Source of the DNA: Thermoleophilia bacterium
Lineage (GTDB): Bacteria; Actinomycetota; Thermoleophilia; RBG-16-64-13
NCBI GenBank assembly: GCA_040768135.1
Contig: JAXGNF010000002.1
Location: 18,435 to 82,434, forward strand
Length of the DNA: 64,000 bases
Direction of reading: 5' to 3'
Below the pieces are notes generated by a model. It saw only the letters and a program-made list of their open reading frames with translations, made no database searches and was not told where the DNA came from. Within the stretch, counting starts at the first letter, position 1; the number at the start of each line of letters is the position of its first letter. Of the stretch, positions 58,901 to 64,000 are shown in pieces. Made by a program: the position numbers and the translations under genes.

Positions 58901-59587
58901 TTACGTGCTTGAGAAGAGCGCGCTCCCCAACCTCACTATGGTTGCACCCTCCTCGACGGCCACTTGGTAATCGTTGCTCATCCCCATGGACAGTTCAGGG
59001 AAGTCGTAGCGCCCGGAGAAGACCGATGCCAGATGATCCCGCAACTCGCGAAGCCCTCTGAAGAACGGTCGAGTAGACTCCGGGTCGGCCACCAAAGGAG
59101 CCATGGTCATGAGCCCGGCGAACCGGACTTTGCGGTACTCCGCAGCCCGCTCCAAGAAAGCCTCCGCAGCGTCGGGGAGAATACCATACTTGCTCTCCTC
59201 TCCACTTATGTTGACCTCCAAAAGCGCCTGCACTTCAGAGTCCGCCCTCTTCTCCAACTCCGCAACCAGCGACATCGACTCGACCGAATGGATCAGGGTC
59301 ACACACGGCAACACCTGCCGCACCTTACGGCTCTGCAAATGGCCGATGAAATGAAACTCGAAGTCCGTGCTCCATTGTCGCCACTTAGCTTCCAACTCAT
59401 CTGCCCTGTTCTCTCCTACCAGGCGGATTCCTGCCCCACGTAGCAATGACATGTCGTTGGCCGTCAGATATTTCGAGGCCACCAGAATCCGAGGGCGGCC
59501 CACCCGGCCGACCCGCCGACAGGCTTCGTCGATGCGTCTCTCTATATCTGCAAGGTTGGCGGCCAGTCGATCGGGGTGGATGTTCAT
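58901..59587 (-). CDS. yggS: YggS-family PLP homeostasis protein. The likely start is the Met of MNIHPD at 59587, overlapping the pgeF stop by 4 nt; the track ORF extends to 59749.
   Basis: The PRILVASKYLTANDMSLLRGAGIRLVGENRADE motif with its PLP-binding Lys. Confidence 0.85.
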   Translation of the reverse strand: MNIHPDRLAANLADIERRIDEACRRVGRVGRPRILVASKYLTANDMSLLRGAGIRLVGENRADELEAKWRQWSTDFEFHFIGHLQSRKVRQVLPCVTLIHSVESMSLVAELEKRADSEVQALLEVNISGEESKYGILPDAAEAFLERAAEYRKVRFAGLMTMAPLVADPESTRPFFRGLRELRDHLASVFSGRYDFPELSMGMSNDYQVAVEEGATIVRLGSALFSST

Positions 59588-60234
59588 CGCGTCTCCGCCC
59601 ACCCTACACAACCCTGTCTGCCCGTCACCGGGCCTTCCTCCCGGTAGGAGAAAAACAAATCTTTGTTGCAGACGGTGCACAGGCGGGGGTTCACCACTTG
59701 ACTCCCGGGGATCGAAATCTCGGCCAAGGCCTTCTCCGCTGCGGCCCACAAGTCGACGCGGAGTGCTCCGTCGTCCCCCACCACAACCGTCGGCCCGAAC
59801 CGAGCCGCAAAAGCAGCCGCCACCTCCTCGTCAACGGTGAAGCAACACGGGCCGATGCTGGGGCCGATGATGGCCGTCCCCGGAGCTCCCATCAGCGACC
59901 TACCTCCCTGCTGCACGACTCCTCCCAACAACCCTCTCCAACCCGCGTGGACGACCGCCATGTCTACCTCCCCACAGAGGACGACCGGCACGCAATCGGC
60001 GAACAGCAGCAATGCTGCCAGGCCTTCGTCGATATCGGCGTGGATGGTCAGCCCGTCGCAGGGAGTATCCGGAGGTTCTTGAAGATATTCGGCCGCGCCG
60101 ACCACACGGAGCCCATGAGCCTGCAGAGGACTCACCAGCCGTCGGCCCACGAGCGCCGCGATCTGGGCCCGGTTACGCCCTACGAGCCCCGGCTCGTCCT
60201 CGGAGCGTGGATCGAGGTTGAGCGACGTGAACAC
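59584..60234 (-). CDS. pgeF: Peptidoglycan editing factor PgeF (YfiH/DUF152, purine nucleoside phosphorylase/laccase-like)
   Basis: HADIDEG...FADCVPVV...HAGWRG motifs; the N-terminus may extend further upstream. Confidence 0.8.
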   Translation of the reverse strand: MFTSLNLDPRSEDEPGLVGRNRAQIAALVGRRLVSPLQAHGLRVVGAAEYLQEPPDTPCDGLTIHADIDEGLAALLLFADCVPVVLCGEVDMAVVHAGWRGLLGGVVQQGGRSLMGAPGTAIIGPSIGPCCFTVDEEVAAAFAARFGPTVVVGDDGALRVDLWAAAEKALAEISIPGSQVVNPRLCTVCNKDLFFSYREEGPVTGRQGCVGWAETR

Positions 60235-60435
60235 ACCGGTGCTTGCCCCTCCGACCCGGGTGGTGAAGAGCGCCCTGAAAGGCCGGGGCAGACGAGGCTC
60301 TAGGTAGGGAACACCACCGGCCTCACGGACGAAGATGTGGCCCCGGGCCTCTGGATCGATACGCTCCGCAAGCGTCGCACATAGACGGTCGCGGTCCTGC
60401 TCACTCGTCGACGCGATGACTCTTCCTTACCGAGA

Positions 60436-61548
60436 CTAATCCCTGTCGCGCAGAAACTTCGGGATGTCGAGGATATCCTCATCCATCTCAAAAGAGTTGG
60501 TCTTCTGCGGGATGATGTCGGACACATCGGGCGCCGGTCGAGTATCCGTGCTCTCCGGCGAATACTCGGGCGCTGCTTCGTCCACTACAACGGCCGGCCG
60601 GGCCCTATCGAACCCGGTAGCGATGACGGTCACCCGTATCTGATCGTTCAGGGTCTCGTCTATCACTGCGCCGAAGATCACGTTGGCGTCGGTGTCGGCC
60701 GCGTTGGAGATCACCCCGGCCGCCTCGTTGACCTCGAACAGACCCATGTCGGGCGGCCCGCTGATGTTGAGGAGCACACCGGTGGCCCCTTCGATCGACG
60801 ACTCGAGCAGCGGAGACGAGATGGCCGCCTTGGCCGCCTCGACCCCCCGGTTCTCACCGCTCGCATAACCGATGCCCATGAGGGCCGACCCGGCCTCACG
60901 CATGATCGTGCGCACGTCGGCAAAATCCAGGTTGATAAGCCCCGGCACCGTGATGAGGTCGGTGATGCCTTGGATCCCCTGCCGCAGCACATCGTCCGCC
61001 ACCCGGAACGCTTCTATTATCGATGTGCGTTTCTCTACCACCTGGAGCAGGCGATCGTTGGGGATGACGATGATAGTGTCGACCTTCTTAGACAGTGCCC
61101 CGATGCCGGTCTCGGCCTGTGTCGCCCTCCTCCGGCCTTCGAAGGTAAAAGGTTTGGTGACCACACCGACCGTCAACGCTCCCAACTCGCGCGCGATCTC
61201 GGCGATCACCGGGGCGCCGCCCGTGCCGGTACCGCCCCCTTTGCCGGCGGTGACGAACACCATGTCCGCCCCCTTGAGCGCCTCCCTGATCTCGTCCCGG
61301 CTCTCTTCGGCTGCCGCGCGTCCGACTTCTGGATTGCCACCCGCACCCAATGCTTTCGTGAGTTTGCCACCAATATGAAGCTTCACATCGGCATCGCACA
61401 TCAGCAGTGCCTGCGCGTCGGTGTTGACGGCGATGAACTCGACTCCTTTGAGACCGGCGTCCACCATTCGGTTAACGGCGTTGGTGCCGCCACCGCCTAC
61501 ACCGACAACCTTGATGACTGCGATGTAGCCGGATCCCGTGTCGCTCAT
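60436..61548 (-). CDS. ftsZ: Cell division GTPase FtsZ (likely the ATG at 61548 with a GGAGGA Shine-Dalgarno; the track uses a TTG at 61557)
   Basis: [13 protein letters not shown] tubulin signature and the NTDAQAL motif. Confidence 0.95.
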   Translation of the reverse strand: MSDTGSGYIAVIKVVGVGGGGTNAVNRMVDAGLKGVEFIAVNTDAQALLMCDADVKLHIGGKLTKALGAGGNPEVGRAAAEESRDEIREALKGADMVFVTAGKGGGTGTGGAPVIAEIARELGALTVGVVTKPFTFEGRRRATQAETGIGALSKKVDTIIVIPNDRLLQVVEKRTSIIEAFRVADDVLRQGIQGITDLITVPGLINLDFADVRTIMREAGSALMGIGYASGENRGVEAAKAAISSPLLESSIEGATGVLLNISGPPDMGLFEVNEAAGVISNAADTDANVIFGAVIDETLNDQIRVTVIATGFDRARPAVVVDEAAPEYSPESTDTRPAPDVSDIIPQKTNSFEMDEDILDIPKFLRDRD

Positions 61549-61566
61549 GGTACTCAATCCTCCAAA

Positions 61567-61595
61567 ATTATCTGATCACAGGACCCCAACTTGAA
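61567..61595 (-). promoter_or_regulatory. Candidate ftsZ promoter on the minus strand: TTCAAG, 17-nt spacer, GATAAT
   Basis: Hexamers at 61595-61590 and 61572-61567 in an AT-richer island between ftsQ and ftsZ. Confidence 0.35.
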
Positions 61596-61685
61596 CCTTT
61601 GCTCAATAGCCCTAGAGTAATACTTCATCCTGCGAGCTATACGTGACTTCGCCGCTGAATCCTGCTAACAGGCACGATACCACTT

Positions 61686-62459
61686 TCATCCGGCCCTGAC
61701 AGCCACCCGTTCGGGCATGCTCAAATCCATATACTCGATCTGTCGTCCGTCCCTCAAGTACTGCTGGAAGATGTCCTTGGCTACCATCAACTTCCGCTCG
61801 AGGCCGTACGGCTCCCCCAGTCGCAGCTCTGTCCCGCCTTTCAACAGCAACTTCACGGTACCGGTGGCAGACACCACAATTCGCTCCAATGCCGCCAGGT
61901 CCTTATGGAAGTCGTCGGCCGCCGCCAGGGTGACTGCTGGAAGTGAAGCAACAATCGCATCGGGTAATGTCTCACCGACTACAAGGGTCAGAGATCCTTC
62001 GTAAACCACAAGGGGCAGACCTACACCCCGCGGGGGGCGTACGCTCTCGAGCACCCGCCCGTCGTCCGCAACGAGCCAGACCCTGCCGTCTTGGTCTTTC
62101 AGTCGGGCAAACGGCTCATATTCGACCAGCCGGATATCGAGAGTGTCCGGAAAACGCCGGTGTACCTCGACCGAGCGGACATACGTCAGGCCGAGCAGAT
62201 CTTCTCTGATGGAATCCGTCGACAGCCTGAGGAGGCTCACTCCCAGAGCCTGTTCGGCAAGAACAGCAATCTGCTCTTGGCCTACGTGCTCCGTGACGGT
62301 AGCGGTCACCCGTTCGACCGCAAAGACGTCGGAGGACCGGAGCCAAAGGAACAGGCCAACGGCCGCTATTACCAAGACTGCGACGAAGACCAAGCCGGCC
62401 CGGCGGCGGCCCCGCTCCCGGGCCACCGACCGCCGCCGGTCACGCATCTTCTCATTCAT
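61686..62459 (-). CDS. ftsQ: Cell division protein FtsQ/DivIB
   Basis: Basic N-terminus, single TM, and POTRA/FtsQ domains. Confidence 0.8.
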   Translation of the reverse strand: MNEKMRDRRRSVARERGRRRAGLVFVAVLVIAAVGLFLWLRSSDVFAVERVTATVTEHVGQEQIAVLAEQALGVSLLRLSTDSIREDLLGLTYVRSVEVHRRFPDTLDIRLVEYEPFARLKDQDGRVWLVADDGRVLESVRPPRGVGLPLVVYEGSLTLVVGETLPDAIVASLPAVTLAAADDFHKDLAALERIVVSATGTVKLLLKGGTELRLGEPYGLERKLMVAKDIFQQYLRDGRQIEYMDLSMPERVAVRAG

Positions 62460-63447
62460 CGATGTCCGGCGGATCCTTGGGGCCGGCGCCGGACCGCTCC
62501 CACGGAAAGCTCGTGCCGAGTAGCCTCACTTCAGGCTCTAGCAGAACGTTGCCCGTCCGTTTGACTTCTTCTCGCATCAAGTTCATCAAGGCAAGCATGT
62601 CGGCGGTCGTCGCCTCCCCCAGGTTCACCAAGAAGTTGGCATGTACTCTGGATACTTCGGCGCCGCCCCGCCGCACTCCTTTGAGACCCGCTGCATCGAT
62701 CAGTCGACCCGCCGCCCCTCCCCCAGGGTTCCGGAAGGTACAACCGAAAGTGCGGACACCTCGCGGTTGCGCCCTTCGTCGTTGGCGAAGGATGGAACGA
62801 TGGCGCTCGAGGACGGCTGCAGCATCCCCGCGGGTGAGGTCGAACCTGACGGCGGTCACTACAGCATCGGCGGGCAGCTGACACGACCGATACTCCCAGT
62901 CTAGATCGACGGCCCTGACCCAGGAAACCCCAGAAGCGGTGGCCACTTCGATCTCCCCGACCACGTCGGCCATCGTCCCCCCGTAGGCTCCGGCATTCGT
63001 CGCCACCGCCCCTCCTACCGAGCCGGGGATCCCACAGGCGAACTCAAGACCAGTGAGACCGGCCTCGGCGACGACCGCCGCGAAGCGCGGGAGTAAGGTC
63101 CCCGCCCCCACAACAACCGTTACGGCTTCCCCGGCGCACCCGGTCTCCTCGGGCATGCCTTCTACGTAATGAAAGGTGTCATCCAGTTTGATCACGACAC
63201 CGCGATATCCTTCGTCGGCCACCAGGAGATCTGTCCCTGCCCCCAGACAAACCCACGGCACTGTATGGTCCCGCAGGATCCTCAGGGTGGCCACGACGGC
63301 TCCGGTGTCGATGGCCGTCACCAGCGCATCGGCCTTGCCTCCGGTCCCAATAGTGGTGAAAGGGGCCAGGGGTGCATCGACCCACAAACGCGCGCTTTCG
63401 ACGGCACGCAGTTCCGCGATCACATCGGGAGAAATCGTCATCGCCAA
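62452..63447 (-). CDS. murB: UDP-N-acetylenolpyruvoylglucosamine reductase
   Basis: FAD-binding PCMH domain with a MurB C-terminal domain (RNPGGGAAGRLID). Confidence 0.85.
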   Translation of the reverse strand: MAMTISPDVIAELRAVESARLWVDAPLAPFTTIGTGGKADALVTAIDTGAVVATLRILRDHTVPWVCLGAGTDLLVADEGYRGVVIKLDDTFHYVEGMPEETGCAGEAVTVVVGAGTLLPRFAAVVAEAGLTGLEFACGIPGSVGGAVATNAGAYGGTMADVVGEIEVATASGVSWVRAVDLDWEYRSCQLPADAVVTAVRFDLTRGDAAAVLERHRSILRQRRRAQPRGVRTFGCTFRNPGGGAAGRLIDAAGLKGVRRGGAEVSRVHANFLVNLGEATTADMLALMNLMREEVKRTGNVLLEPEVRLLGTSFPWERSGAGPKDPPDIDE

Positions 63448-63454
63448 CCGGCCA

Positions 63455-64000
63455 TCACGCCGCGGTCAGAAACCGTTCACCCACGCGGTGTACATCTCCG
63501 GCGCCTAGGGTCAGCACCAGGTCGCCCGCGACCGTCTCCTGTCGTAGATAGTCAACGATCGAACCCAGGCGGGGTAGGTAGACGACCGCCTTGTTCCGCT
63601 TCAAGCGGAGGATATCGTCGACGATCAGCTTGCCGCTGACACCCGGCAGCGGGTCCTCACGGGCCCCGTAGACATCGGTCACCACAGCTACGTCTGCCGC
63701 CAAAAGGGCTTCGGCAAACTCGGTATGCAGAAACTCGGTGCGCGAGTAAAGGTGCGGTTGGAAGACGGCGATCACCCGCGCCCATCTACCTTCTCGGGCC
63801 GCCTGCAGCGTAGCCCGCAGTTCGGTGGGGTGGTGGGCATAATCATCGACCACCGTGACCCCGTCTCGCTCTCCCTTCAGTTGAAAGCGCCGTACTGCCC
63901 CGCTGAACGAACTCAGCGCCGGAGTGATCTCTTGAGGGTTCAGACCCAATTCGGTCAGAGTGGCAAAACAAGCCAAGGCATTGAGGACGTTGTGGCGGCC
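63455..64000 (-). CDS. murC: UDP-N-acetylmuramate--L-alanine ligase, C-terminal part (the gene continues beyond the window end)
   Basis: The DDYAHHPTE Mur-ligase C-terminal motif; the ORF is open to the window edge. Confidence 0.85.
   Translation of the reverse strand, partial: GRHNVLNALACFATLTELGLNPQEITPALSSFSGAVRRFQLKGERDGVTVVDDYAHHPTELRATLQAAREGRWARVIAVFQPHLYSRTEFLHTEFAEALLAADVAVVTDVYGAREDPLPGVSGKLIVDDILRLKRNKAVVYLPRLGSIVDYLRQETVAGDLVLTLGAGDVHRVGERFLTAA

Noticed and set aside
1-64000. CRISPR arrays, rRNA, transposases or integrases
   Set aside because: There are no regularly spaced short repeats, no intergenic region is large enough for rRNA, and no recognisable mobile-element proteins were seen. 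All tandem repeats found lie inside genes or are promoter-proximal.

Overview
This 64-kb window comes from a high-GC genome (about 65 percent GC as judged by eye) and is almost entirely coding, with most genes on the minus strand.

Lineage (inference). The gene order mihF-gmk-rpoZ-coaBC beside pyrimidine genes, a division block murC-murB-ftsQ-ftsZ-pgeF-yggS-sepF-divIVA without ftsA, and PyrR-type pyr regulation point to an actinobacterium. A type 1B dihydroorotate dehydrogenase (pyrK/pyrD), pyruvate:ferredoxin oxidoreductase, carbamate kinase and a candidate selenoprotein suggest an anaerobic lineage, possibly Coriobacteriia-like.

Gene content, from start to end:
- ftsY-smc-rnc-acpP-plsX, then rpoD behind two tandem sigma-70-like promoters.
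- coaBC-rpoZ-gmk-mihF-pyrD-pyrK-carB.
- A roughly 25-kb block (17.1-42.7 kb) of mixed metabolic and accessory genes: an SDR, an Fmt-like paralog, carbamate kinase, an MFS transporter, a DUF2294 plus Mut7-C pair, an aspartate-aminotransferase-family protein, GTP-PEPCK, class II FBA, an RCK-type K channel, a BsuPI-like lipoprotein, a flavin reductase / nitroreductase / macro-domain trio, a class III aminotransferase / saccharopine-dehydrogenase-family / SSS-symporter module, a YVTN beta-propeller protein and an FAD-oxidoreductase-like surface protein.
- pyrC, a YgjP/M48-like peptidase, PFOR, pyrB, pyrR, tal, tkt, a HAD hydrolase, rluD, lspA and the division block.
- No rRNA, tRNA or CRISPR was found.

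Most notable observations:
1. A Bcp/PrxQ peroxiredoxin whose peroxidatic-Cys codon is an in-frame TGA followed by an fdhF-like SECIS hairpin. It is a candidate selenoprotein that the ORF track shows only as a 92-aa C-terminal fragment.
2. Three near-identical 30-nt PyrR-binding motifs overlapping the ribosome-binding regions of pyrB, pyrC and a long carB leader. The carB leader also holds a 52-codon uORF ending 2 nt before the carB ATG.
3. A Mut7-C RNase-domain gene whose conserved N-terminal ubiquitin-like domain is cut by an in-frame TAG 5 codons after its ATG.
4. A proC 3-prime fragment sitting where yggT normally lies between sepF and divIVA.
5. The conserved actinobacterial pyrR-pyrB-pyrC-carAB-pyrF-mihF-gmk-rpoZ-coaBC locus appears split here. 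carA and pyrF are absent, pyrK/pyrD are present, and PFOR lies between pyrB and pyrC.

Method note: the ORF track uses ATG, GTG and TTG starts, so N-termini are often over-extended; corrected starts are given where the alignment logic was clear.
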